This document shows, piece by piece, positions 18,939 through 27,600 of a stretch of DNA of 64,000 nucleotides. Source of the DNA: an uncultured Thiomicrospira sp. (GTDB taxonomy: Bacteria > Pseudomonadota > Gammaproteobacteria > CAKMZV01). The stretch spans positions 992,001 to 1,056,000 of the forward strand of contig OZ239628.1 in the NCBI GenBank assembly GCA_965195345.1, in the 5' to 3' direction. Position 1 is the first letter of the stretch, and every line of letters starts with the position of its first letter. Position numbers and translations under genes: made by a program. A model generated the notes under the pieces. It had not been told where the DNA came from. It saw only the letters and a program-made list of their open reading frames with translations, and searched no databases.

Positions 18939-19688
18939 TTATAATAAGGCTGGGCTTCTATTGAAGCAGTGATGAGCGATGTCCTCTGGGATGTTGATTT
19001 CTGGAGAATCATACAAACTTTCTATAACTTTTATTTTTCCACCGTACTCTAGTATTCGCAATTGTTCTGATTTTTCAGATAATTCAAGAGTTTTGGGTGC
19101 TCGATTAGCAAGACTTAATGCGAACCACTTACGAGAGGCATGAATACCAAGCTGTTTGAAATAAGTTGAGTTTGTTTTTTTATCACGATTGTATGGAATA
19201 ACGTTCCGCGAAAAATACATGGCATATCCATTTTTATCGCTAACCACTTTGTAGGTGTTTGAATTGTTAATTTCTTTTAAATCATTTATTCGATATGAGA
19301 GTGTGGCAGCTGCAAAATCCTCAGATGCATCGTTTTTGAAACAAGCAATAATTTGTTCGATACTTTGTGAATTAACAAAAGGTTGATTACCCGGTATGCT
19401 AACCAAAATACAATTATCTGGCAAAGCTGTTGCATTGGCAGCGTGAGCTACTTGATTAATTCCAGAAGTCAAGCTCATTGGAGTTAGGATGACTTTTCCG
19501 CCAAATCCTTCAATTCCTTCTGCTATCTGCGCATCATCGGTAGCCACATAAACTTCTTTGATGCCTTTTGCTTTTACACAACGAGAATAAAGTTGTTTAA
19601 TAATTTTTTTTTTATCTGTCAATGCTAAAGACTCGTTAGGAACGCACGATGATCTATAACGAGCAAGAATGATAGCAACAGCGGTCAT
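18939..19688 (-). CDS. kdsB: CMP-Kdo synthetase homologue with degenerate catalytic motifs
   Basis: KdsB fold motifs recognisable (ARY, VATDD, AMYFSR..IP, LE..EK.EQLRILE.G.KI), but the RLPGK, QGDEP and VDT motifs are altered. Confidence 0.7.
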   Translation of the reverse strand: MTAVAIILARYRSSCVPNESLALTDKKKIIKQLYSRCVKAKGIKEVYVATDDAQIAEGIEGFGGKVILTPMSLTSGINQVAHAANATALPDNCILVSIPGNQPFVNSQSIEQIIACFKNDASEDFAAATLSYRINDLKEINNSNTYKVVSDKNGYAMYFSRNVIPYNRDKKTNSTYFKQLGIHASRKWFALSLANRAPKTLELSEKSEQLRILEYGGKIKVIESLYDSPEINIPEDIAHHCFNRSPALL

Positions 19689-19717
19689 TACATGCGAAGG
19701 TATAGAGACGATAATAG

Positions 19718-19740
19718 CAGAGTGCTTGATTCACTCTGCC
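19718..19740 (-). terminator. Hairpin, possible terminator near the distal island boundary
   Basis: GCAGAGTG-CTTGATT-CACTCTGC, followed on the - strand by TATTAT. Confidence 0.4.
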
Positions 19741-19964
19741 AAGAATTTTCAAAACCACCTTTGCAGAGGCACGTTAATTCTTTCGAAAATTCAATCATAT
19801 TATTTCAATTGTAAGTTGTTCAATTTTTACAAATTCCTCGTGGCATGTAATATACCATGCTCATTAAATGTGTACTCGTCTTCAGTTAGCCACGTTTGCA
19901 ACAACTTGCGGAAGTTACCACTTGGCTTCTTTCTACTGTTAAACCACTCACTCACCGCTTCAGC

Positions 19965-22280
19965 CTATACAGCTTCCTTGTATAAATGTTCCTGAAACTC
20001 TATGAACGTACGCCGTATATCTTGAAAGTTGCCCAGCTGCTGCTCTGCTGCGTGCGTGCTTCCATACTTTGCTATAAGCACGGTGCTTAGTTTTGTGTCA
20101 TCTAATTCGTCAACGCCAACCTCAACATAATTACGCAGCACATAACTGACAAACGCACGTTGCTGATCATTCAGCAGCGTGTATATATTATCTTCGTTTG
20201 TTTTCACACGTGCAGCACGTTTGACTGTTTCTTTGGCGTATGCAACGTATTGCAGCACATCGAATAAATCGCTGTCTTCCGCGTTTATGAGTTCCTGCAA
20301 CTTGAGCAAATCATCTTTATGGCAACCTTCTTTTTCCAAGTTATTCATTAAGTCTCTGCGAGTGAGTGGATTTGCCCAAATTTCTCGTAGTTTTTCTTCA
20401 CTACCAAATAAGCTTGGCAACTGCAGCGTATCAAACAGTTTTTGTAAAAACTCTTCAGCGCTTATGGGTTTTCCATCAACATAAAAGTAAGTGGAAGTCA
20501 TACTTTGCAGTTCGCGCACTTTGCCGTCGGCAAGACGTATTTTTAGCTTCTCAGGTTTGTCGCCATCGCCTCCGCCTTTACCTCCGTCCCCGCCATCTTC
20601 ACCAGCACCAGTGCCGCCAGTACTACCACGACCAGTGTCTATCGGCTCTTGGGGTTCGCCATCCCACTCGTCGTCAAGGAACAAGTGATAAGCATTAACA
20701 AAATCTACGATTGTGAAATAATGTTTGCCTTCAAACAGCCGCGTACCGCGTCCAATAATCTGCTTAAACTCAATCATGCTGTTTACAGGACGCAGTAGGA
20801 CAATGTTGCGCACATTGCGTGCATCAACGCCTGTAGTGAGTTTTTGGCTGGTAGTCAGGATTGTTGGGATAGCTTTTTCGTTGTCTTGAAACTGCTTTAG
20901 ATAGGCTTCCCCAATCTTGCCGTCATCAGCCGTGACACGCACACAGTAGTCCACAGATGTGTTGCGTGCTTCCTGATTAATTAAATCTCGTATCATTGCA
21001 GCATGTGCTTGGTTAGCACAGAACACGATGGTTTTTTCGTTTTGATTTATTGCTGCAAGCATATCCTGCACTCGCTTGCGTTCTCGCGCTTTAATCTCAA
21101 TCTTCTTGTTGAAGTCTTTCTCTTCGTAGACATACCCTTCACGCACTTGACCTTCAATGACTTCGTCATCTGAGGTGTACACATATTCATCGATTGAGGT
21201 TTGAATACGCTTTACTTTGAATGGGGTTAAAAAACCGTCTTGAATGCCTTCTTTGAGGCTGTAGATATAAACAGGTTCGCCAAAATAGTCATACGTGTCC
21301 ACGTTGTCATCACGCTTTGGCGTAGCAGTTAAGCCGAGATGCACAGCACTGTCGAAGTGATTAAGTATATCTCTCCAACTGCTTTCGTCATTAGCGCCAC
21401 CTCTGTGGCACTCATCAATAATTACAAAGTCAAAAAAGTCTTTTTCGTATTCGCCAAAGTAAGGTTTGCCATCCGCGCCACTCATGAATGTTTGAAAGAT
21501 TGTGAAGAACACACTGCCGTTTTTTGGCACTTCGCCTTTTTTGCTTATCTCGCTGGGGTTTATTCGTATCAGTGCATCATCGCTAAATGCGCCAAAGTCC
21601 AAAAAGGCTTGATTGGCTAAGATATTTCTATCGGCGAGAAACAGTATTCTTGGCGTACGCTTGCCGTCACGCTGCTTGTTCCAGCGACTTTTAAACAGCT
21701 TCCATGCAATCTGAAACGCAATAAACGTTTTGCCTGTACCTGTTGCCAGTGTCAGTAGGGTACGTTTTTCGTCATTGGCAATGGCTGTCATTACGTTATT
21801 AACAGCCAGTTCCTGATAATAGCGTGCCTGCTTCGTTCCGTTTAAGTTTTCAAATGGAACAGCATTAAATTTCTCAAGCCATTCATTAGGCTCAGCAAAG
21901 GTTTTATTCCATAGTTCTTCAGGCGTTGGAAAAGCAGTTACTAATCCCTCTGTGCCTGTTTTGTGGCAGATTTGATAAATTTCATTGCCGTTGGCAGCGT
22001 AGCTGGTTTCGAGATGCAGTTTTTGTGCATACAGCTTTGCTTGTGCTACGCCTTCGCTAACTTCTAACTCGTTGTTCTTTGCTTCAACTACAGCCAGCTT
22101 GCGGTTTTTATAACTCAGTACATAGTCAGCACTCAGTATGCCTTGGCGAATACCGCCCGCTTTTATCTCGCCTGCATTGATCTTGTATTCACGCTGAACA
22201 CGTACGTCACCGCCAGTAATCCAGCCAGCGGCTTCAAGCTGTTTGTCGATAAATTCAGCACGTGTATCAGCTTCGTTCAT
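19965..22280 (-). CDS. hsdR: Type I restriction enzyme R subunit (EcoEI/EcoAI-like)
   Basis: NEADTR, ADYVL...VVEAK nuclease motif, LATGTGKT, DECHR, TATP, QIIGRGTR. Confidence 0.95.
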   Translation of the reverse strand: MNEADTRAEFIDKQLEAAGWITGGDVRVQREYKINAGEIKAGGIRQGILSADYVLSYKNRKLAVVEAKNNELEVSEGVAQAKLYAQKLHLETSYAANGNEIYQICHKTGTEGLVTAFPTPEELWNKTFAEPNEWLEKFNAVPFENLNGTKQARYYQELAVNNVMTAIANDEKRTLLTLATGTGKTFIAFQIAWKLFKSRWNKQRDGKRTPRILFLADRNILANQAFLDFGAFSDDALIRINPSEISKKGEVPKNGSVFFTIFQTFMSGADGKPYFGEYEKDFFDFVIIDECHRGGANDESSWRDILNHFDSAVHLGLTATPKRDDNVDTYDYFGEPVYIYSLKEGIQDGFLTPFKVKRIQTSIDEYVYTSDDEVIEGQVREGYVYEEKDFNKKIEIKARERKRVQDMLAAINQNEKTIVFCANQAHAAMIRDLINQEARNTSVDYCVRVTADDGKIGEAYLKQFQDNEKAIPTILTTSQKLTTGVDARNVRNIVLLRPVNSMIEFKQIIGRGTRLFEGKHYFTIVDFVNAYHLFLDDEWDGEPQEPIDTGRGSTGGTGAGEDGGDGGKGGGDGDKPEKLKIRLADGKVRELQSMTSTYFYVDGKPISAEEFLQKLFDTLQLPSLFGSEEKLREIWANPLTRRDLMNNLEKEGCHKDDLLKLQELINAEDSDLFDVLQYVAYAKETVKRAARVKTNEDNIYTLLNDQQRAFVSYVLRNYVEVGVDELDDTKLSTVLIAKYGSTHAAEQQLGNFQDIRRTFIEFQEHLYKEAV

Positions 22281-23440
22281 ACAGCCTCCCTTTGCAGTTC
22301 TTGTGCGAGGATGGCGGATTTCAACTTCTTTAATTCGTTTGTTTTTTTTACTTCTACTAGCAAGGTTTTTTCAACGTGTATTTTTGCACTCACCACCATA
22401 TTAAGCAGTCTCTCAAGCATTTCTCCATCTGGGCACGGAATGGGTATTTCATTGAGCTTTTTTTGGTTAAGTTTTGGTTGTGCCATACCTGAGATATACT
22501 GCGATAGATTTGTAGCATTCAGATATAGCTCAACCCATTTTTGTAATTTGGAATTTTCAAATTTCAGCACATGAGCATGATTGTTTACCCAACATTTTCC
22601 GCTTACAGAAAAAGCTATCGGATACGCCCTCATAAGCAGGTTTGCACCATCTTCAGAAATAAGCAGTAAATCATCGTCAAAGATGTACTCCTCAACATAA
22701 TCTACAATTCCGCTAGCGCCATAATACGGCACGTTACCAACTACTCGTTTAGATTTTGTAATTGGAATTCGCTTTGCATCTAGATTTTCAGAGAGATGCG
22801 ATAGATTTTTGATTTCCCACCGATACAAATCATTATTTAGAATTTCACGCATTATGCCCGACGACAAATTAGTATAGTTTGAGATTTTATCGTCTGTAAT
22901 TTTTATCGTTTCATCAATCTCAGCAAACGCAGCATCCAGTTTGGCTACGATGCGTTGTTGTTCTGCGAGAGGGGGGAGTGGAACGACAATCTCTTTGTAC
23001 TGGGCAAGCTGAAGGTTTCGTATGCCTGTTGAGTGACGCTGCATAGGTTCTGTCTTTCCACTAAGATAAAGGAAGTGTAGAAAACGATGAAGAAACTGTG
23101 CATCAAGCTCACTTTCGTCAAATACCCTTAGTCGCGCTGTGAAGTTGCTTAGTGAGTATGGAATATCTGCCGATGCATTATGAATACAAACTCTCCCAAC
23201 TGGCGTTTTATCACCACCACCAGACTTTTCTAAGATGATGTCATGCTTTTTAACTTCTCTCTTTTCTAGTTGCTTTGCTTCAACATCAAGTTCAACAACC
23301 TCTGAGTAGTCAAGTTGTCCAGAAGAAGTAAAGTTAGTATTACGTAATACTAACGCTTTAACGAATGGTTCCTTCTTTCCTTTCCATAGTCCGCTTTGAA
23401 TGCCACATAACTCCGATAGCTTTTTTATCTTCCACATCAC
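22277..23440 (-). CDS. hsdS: Type I RM specificity subunit
   Basis: Two TRDs separated by PLPPLAEQQRIVAKLD; C-terminal LKSAIL; overlaps hsdM and hsdR. Confidence 0.92.
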   Translation of the reverse strand: MMWKIKKLSELCGIQSGLWKGKKEPFVKALVLRNTNFTSSGQLDYSEVVELDVEAKQLEKREVKKHDIILEKSGGGDKTPVGRVCIHNASADIPYSLSNFTARLRVFDESELDAQFLHRFLHFLYLSGKTEPMQRHSTGIRNLQLAQYKEIVVPLPPLAEQQRIVAKLDAAFAEIDETIKITDDKISNYTNLSSGIMREILNNDLYRWEIKNLSHLSENLDAKRIPITKSKRVVGNVPYYGASGIVDYVEEYIFDDDLLLISEDGANLLMRAYPIAFSVSGKCWVNNHAHVLKFENSKLQKWVELYLNATNLSQYISGMAQPKLNQKKLNEIPIPCPDGEMLERLLNMVVSAKIHVEKTLLVEVKKTNELKKLKSAILAQELQREAV

Positions 23441-24888
23441 AGCAACTCCTTGATTGCCTGCAATGCTTGTGCTGCTTGCACATCTAACTGTTCAATCTCT
23501 GCGATGATTTCTTGCGGTGTACGATTATCTACTTCTTCAACGGTGTTTGGATTGTTAACAGTTAAATCCCATGTATCTTTGTTTACCGTTGCTCCATCGA
23601 CCAACCAGCTGTTGTCACTCAGCTGTTGCGTTTTAGCCATCTCAACAAATTCAGCTAAATCCTTTTCATTGAGCGGGTTTGTCTTACCCATATTTCTGCC
23701 AACATTGAGTTGGTAGTACCAAATGTTCTCAGTGGGTTTGCCCTTTTCGAAAAACAAGACAACCGTTTTAACGCCTGTGCCAATAAATGCTCCACTGGGT
23801 AAGTCCAGCACAGCAAACAGATTGCATTCTTCGAGCAACTGCCTACGCAGTGCAACGCTGGCATTGTCTGTATTGCTGAGAAAGGTGTTTTTAATCACAA
23901 TGCCACAGCGTCCGTTTACTTTGAGCATCTTTATAAAATGCTGCAGGAACAGATACGCTGTTTCGCTGGTGGCTACTGGGAAGTTTTGCTGTACTTCTGC
24001 ACGCTCTTTTCCGCCGAACGGGGGATTAGCGAGCACAACATCCACTCTATCTTTTTGCTGTATGTCAGCAATGTTTTCGCCAAGCGTATTTGTGTGCACA
24101 ATGTTGGGCGCTTCAATGCCATGCAGTATCATGTTCATTATGCCAATCACGTAGGCTAATGACTTTTTCTCTTTGCCATACAAGGTATGTGATTGCAGCT
24201 GCTCATACTTGCGAGCACTAAGTTCCTTGCTGCGCATGTGAGAGTACGCTTCACATAAAAATCCTGCACTACCCACAGCACCGTCATAAACAGTTTCACC
24301 GATAACTGGATTAATAACTTTGACAATGCTTTTGATGAGTGGACGAGGCGTGTAATATTCGCCGCCATTCCTGCCAGCATTCCCCATGTTCTTGATTTTG
24401 TCTTCGTACAAGCTGCTAAGCTCATGCTTGTCGTCATTGCTGAGAAAGCTGAGTTCGTCTATTTTGTTGATTACTTCACGCAGGGCATAGCCACTTTGCA
24501 ACTTGTTGCTTATCTCGCTGAAGATTTCGCCGATTTTGTATTCCAGCGTATTGGCACTGTCTGCGGATATTTTGAATTGCTTGAGATAGGGAAACAATTT
24601 GAAGTTAACAAACTCGCGTAAATCATCGCCTGTGAGTGCTGCGTTGTGATCCAGCTTGCCATCGCTGGATTTGGGTGTTGCCCAAGTTTTCCAGCTAAAT
24701 TCATCACTCAGTATCGAGTTGTAAACTTCACCATTGAGCGATGCGGAGTTGGCTTTTTCAGTCTCGTAGTCATCCAAGTACTTTAGAAACAGTATCCAGC
24801 TTGTCTGCTCGATGTAGTCAAGCTCACTGCTGCAACCAGCGTCTTTCCATAAAGTATCATCAATATTCTTAAACGCTGCTTCGTACAT
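23437..24888 (-). CDS. hsdM: Type I RM N6-adenine methyltransferase
   Basis: GEYYTPR, YDGAVGSAGFL, NPPF motifs. Confidence 0.95.
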   Translation of the reverse strand: MYEAAFKNIDDTLWKDAGCSSELDYIEQTSWILFLKYLDDYETEKANSASLNGEVYNSILSDEFSWKTWATPKSSDGKLDHNAALTGDDLREFVNFKLFPYLKQFKISADSANTLEYKIGEIFSEISNKLQSGYALREVINKIDELSFLSNDDKHELSSLYEDKIKNMGNAGRNGGEYYTPRPLIKSIVKVINPVIGETVYDGAVGSAGFLCEAYSHMRSKELSARKYEQLQSHTLYGKEKKSLAYVIGIMNMILHGIEAPNIVHTNTLGENIADIQQKDRVDVVLANPPFGGKERAEVQQNFPVATSETAYLFLQHFIKMLKVNGRCGIVIKNTFLSNTDNASVALRRQLLEECNLFAVLDLPSGAFIGTGVKTVVLFFEKGKPTENIWYYQLNVGRNMGKTNPLNEKDLAEFVEMAKTQQLSDNSWLVDGATVNKDTWDLTVNNPNTVEEVDNRTPQEIIAEIEQLDVQAAQALQAIKELL

Positions 24889-24906
24889 TGAGTGCTTATC
24901 CTTAAA

Positions 24907-25053
24907 TTACTTTGGTTTTCTGCCTTCGGCAATTGAGCCTTTTAGCATCCCAGCAGTAAAGCCGAACTCTTTACAAAGTCGTTTCACTTCTTTCAATGCA
25001 TTAGCACGTTTGTTTTTCTGTGCTTTAACCATCTGCTGCTGAATTGCTTTCAT
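24907..25053 (-). CDS. Small basic 48-aa protein resembling part of an H-NS-family oligomerisation region (not in ORF track)
   Basis: Hand translation MKAIQQQMVKAQKNKRANALKEVKRLCKEFGFTAGMLKGSIAEGRKPK; stop 18 nt upstream of hsdM start. Confidence 0.55.
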   Translation of the reverse strand: MKAIQQQMVKAQKNKRANALKEVKRLCKEFGFTAGMLKGSIAEGRKPK

Positions 25054-25083
25054 TTCAGCTTTCAACTTGTCATGTGATTTTAT

Positions 25084-25110
25084 CAGACACTTACTTTGAA
25101 TAAGTGTCTG
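25084..25110. promoter_or_regulatory. Perfect 10-7-10 inverted repeat upstream of the small ORF-hsdMSR operon
   Basis: CAGACACTTA-CTTTGAA-TAAGTGTCTG. Confidence 0.5.
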
Positions 25111-25508
25111 TGACAGCGTATAGGTTTGTTATTAGGTTGAAAAGCACGTTTTCTACGTCTAATGTTATGTGTTGTAATTAGGCAAAAGTATTTCAGCGTC
25201 TCACTATGCCAGTCCGTTTACTTGTCAATCACATAGCCATACGGCTACAAACCGTACAGTTTTGACGGTTTTAACTATACAGTAACTTACTGGTTTTTTG
25301 ATTCGGTAACGGTGGTTGTGGACGGATAGGTGTAAAGTCAGTTCGTTCTGTGTCTTTTTTTAAGTGCCAAGTTTGCTCGCAGAGTTACTATGATTTCCAG
25401 TAGTCACACGTTTGTGCAACATTCTGTGTAACTGCATGAGAAAACCTCAATTAAAGCAACGATTGATTTTTTTATGTAAAAGTAATGTGCAAGTTAAATA
25501 TAGTTTAA

Positions 25509-25521
25509 AATCAATGACTTA
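25509..25521 (+). promoter_or_regulatory. IHF consensus site beside att core A
   Basis: AATCAA-TGAC-TTA matches WATCAANNNNTTR; a one-mismatch counterpart (AATCAACACTTTC) sits at 30480-30492 beside the guaA core. Confidence 0.55.
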
Positions 25522-25533
25522 AAATATAAAAGC

Positions 25534-25700
25534 TATTCCCACTCAATGAGTAATACTCTCTGAAACCCTTTATTTAAAGGGGTTTTAAAAAAGTTTGTAT
25601 TAACTTTGTATAAGAGAGGTTTCATTTTCTACCCATTGTTGTATGACTATACCTATAACCTAGGTGTTTCATACAAAGTTTGTATCAGAAAATTATACAT
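25534..25700. repeat. att-like site copy A (core + palindrome + arm-type repeats)
   Basis: TATTCCCACTC identical to guaA 3' end (30505-30515); CCCTTTA-TT-TAAAGGG; AAGTTTGTAT 25591, AACTTTGTAT 25602, palindrome ATACAAAGTTTGTAT 25671-25685. Confidence 0.85.
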
Positions 25701-25834
25701 GTTTTGTTCACTGACTCACTGTGTCAGAAGATAAAATACTGCCCTGGTCTAACTGGTTTTTCTTGGTTGATTCAATGAAGATTAAAGTGAAAAAGGAGAC
25801 TCAATCCTACCTTATCAATTGCGAACCGATTGTT

Positions 25835-26035
25835 TCAGCAACAAGCATCTCCCTCTTGAATAGGCGGACAAACAACATCTCCAAAAGAACAAAAAATACA
25901 GCAATCACCCTTATTAGGTTTTAAAAGTGCTTTACAATTTGCACATTCATAAAAAAATTGACAACTATTAGTCGGCATTGTTTCAGTTTTTTTATATCCA
26001 CAATTAGGGCAAGTTATAGTTGAGTTTAATTCCAT
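25835..26035 (-). CDS. GDCCVxC-type Cys-rich metal-binding protein
   Basis: STITCPNCG, E.MP..SCQFFYEC..C..LLKP..GDCCIFCSFG.V.CPP.Q. Confidence 0.85.
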   Translation of the reverse strand: MELNSTITCPNCGYKKTETMPTNSCQFFYECANCKALLKPNKGDCCIFCSFGDVVCPPIQEGDACC

Positions 26036-26038
26036 TTA

Positions 26039-26419
26039 TCAACACCTTTTAGATATGGGTTTTATCACATCAATTATTGCCACAAAAGACATCAACAAAA
26101 GTGCCACATAAAAAATCGTCCTACTAAATGCAAATTCCCAAAAGACATAGAGAACTAAAAAAATCACAAACGGACTTGTAGTATTTAAAAAACCACGCAG
26201 ATGGTTTTTATGATTAAACCACGAATATAAATTTGAAACCAAGACTACTAAAGTAAAAAAAGGTAGCAGGTAGTTAATTGCAATACTCTCAAAAACAGAC
26301 AGAAATCCCAACCCCATAACAGAAGCAAGTGAAATGAATGCAGGAAAACATGCGGGACAACTTAAAGCAGCAATCCAAATACCAACAGTTCCTATTTTAT
26401 CTGTATGAAATCTTTTCAT
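26039..26419 (-). CDS. merC: MerC-family mercury/metal transporter
   Basis: DKIG..G..IAALSCPACFPA...L.S..GLGFL; 4 TM segments; C-terminal P..KRC. Confidence 0.8.
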   Translation of the reverse strand: MKRFHTDKIGTVGIWIAALSCPACFPAFISLASVMGLGFLSVFESIAINYLLPFFTLVVLVSNLYSWFNHKNHLRGFLNTTSPFVIFLVLYVFWEFAFSRTIFYVALLLMSFVAIIDVIKPISKRC

Positions 26420-26427
26420 TATTGCAC

Positions 26428-26590
26428 TCCCACTTAATGAGTTACCCTCTGAAACCCTTTATCTAAAGGGGTTTTAAAAAAGTTTGTATTAACTTTGTAT
26501 GAAACCATGTCCTTGAAACAGTTGTTATTACTGCATTTGTGCGATTTTAGTGTGTTTTCATACAAAGTTTGCATGACAGAATTATAACAT
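26428..26590. repeat. att-like site copy B (direct repeat of copy A, 891 bp apart)
   Basis: 26428-26500 nearly identical to 25537-25611; second conserved block ATACAAAGTTTGCAT at 26560-26574. Confidence 0.85.
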
Positions 26591-26708
26591 ACAATTATTT
26601 CCAAAAACCCCCTTATCAAAATCCAAACTCAATGAGATACTGAAAGAGTAGTTTCAAAAATCATTACATTTGTAGTGTCTTAAAAACTTAATTTTTATAA
26701 ATACTTTT

Positions 26709-27293
26709 ATGAACTTTTTAAAAGAGAATTTTCAGTCTTCTAATGAACTTGTTAAACAAGTCATGATGCAAGATATACAACGAAGAAGTTATCAAAGATT
26801 TCTAAAGACATTCAAAACTGACAATATGTTATTCCTCGTATTGCACTTGAATAATTACCTGTCTAAAGAACAAAATCCATTTGAGATACAGAAGTCGTTG
26901 AAGAGATTTTTCAGAAGAGTTGATAACAAAGTGTTCAGTAGTAAATCAAACAAACGACTTCAAAGATATGTTGTTATTGAGAACTTAAAGAAACAGAAAC
27001 ATCAGAAAAGACTTCACTCTTCTAGAGTATCTAACAGAACTCATGTTCAGATTGCGATTGATGTTCCTAGACATCTCACAAAGAGTAAGTTGAGAGATAT
27101 CATTCGTAGTTCTTTAGATAATCAGATATGCAATCTATCTCATGTTGATGTTGTTGATAGATACGATGAACTGATTGATTACAACACGAAAGATATGTAT
27201 TCAATCAAACCAACAGATACAGATATAACATTTGATGAAGTGAACTCATACAGAGTAAAGAAGAGAGTTCATGAACATCGTGAAGTGCATTAA
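26709..27293 (+). CDS. Putative HUH-endonuclease / rolling-circle replication initiator
   Basis: Ordered motifs LFLVLHL (I-like), YVVIE...RTHVQIAI (II, HUQ variant), IDYNTKD (III, YxxK); pattern recognition only. Confidence 0.55.
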   Translation: MNFLKENFQSSNELVKQVMMQDIQRRSYQRFLKTFKTDNMLFLVLHLNNYLSKEQNPFEIQKSLKRFFRRVDNKVFSSKSNKRLQRYVVIENLKKQKHQKRLHSSRVSNRTHVQIAIDVPRHLTKSKLRDIIRSSLDNQICNLSHVDVVDRYDELIDYNTKDMYSIKPTDTDITFDEVNSYRVKKRVHEHREVH

Positions 27294-27340
27294 CTTGCCG
27301 AGAATCAGTCTTTACTGACTCTCAAAATGTTTATTTCGTT

Positions 27341-27577
27341 ATGAAGTGCATTGAGTTGCATTGTGATTTTTATTGTCTGAATAATGAGAAAAGAGATATG
27401 ACAATTGCAAAGAGTAATAGATGCAGAGAACTGTTAAAAGAACTAGAACAGATTCAATACGACTATCTAGAAACCAACATGATTAGACTGACAGAAACAG
27501 AGAAACGATTCTACAAACATCGTAAGAAGATTATTCTCAAATATGTGTCAGATTATCTAGATACACAAAACGCATAA
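27341..27577 (+). CDS. Hypothetical small helical protein (start may be ATG 27398)
   Basis: ORF in co-oriented cluster; no recognised motif. Confidence 0.55.
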   Translation: MKCIELHCDFYCLNNEKRDMTIAKSNRCRELLKELEQIQYDYLETNMIRLTETEKRFYKHRKKIILKYVSDYLDTQNA

Positions 27578-27600
27578 ATAGTAGTTAGAGATTAAATTAA

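Noticed and set aside
19669-19995. 108-aa + strand ORF and search for a distal att core
   Set aside because: ORF overlaps kdsB and hsdR ends antisense; no convincing TTCCCACTC core found, only weak similarity of CACGTTTGCAACA (~19891) to ~25406
25721-25924. 67-aa + strand ORF
   Set aside because: Overlaps the GDCCVxC gene antisense; no motif or RBS
25534-26590. Classical integron (IntI/attC)
   Set aside because: No GTTRRRY/RYYYAAC attC structure seen; the integrase has an arm-binding N-terminus and no recognisable IntI features
26434-26619. 61-aa - strand ORF
   Set aside because: Coincides with att repeat B, which is better explained as a cis-acting site
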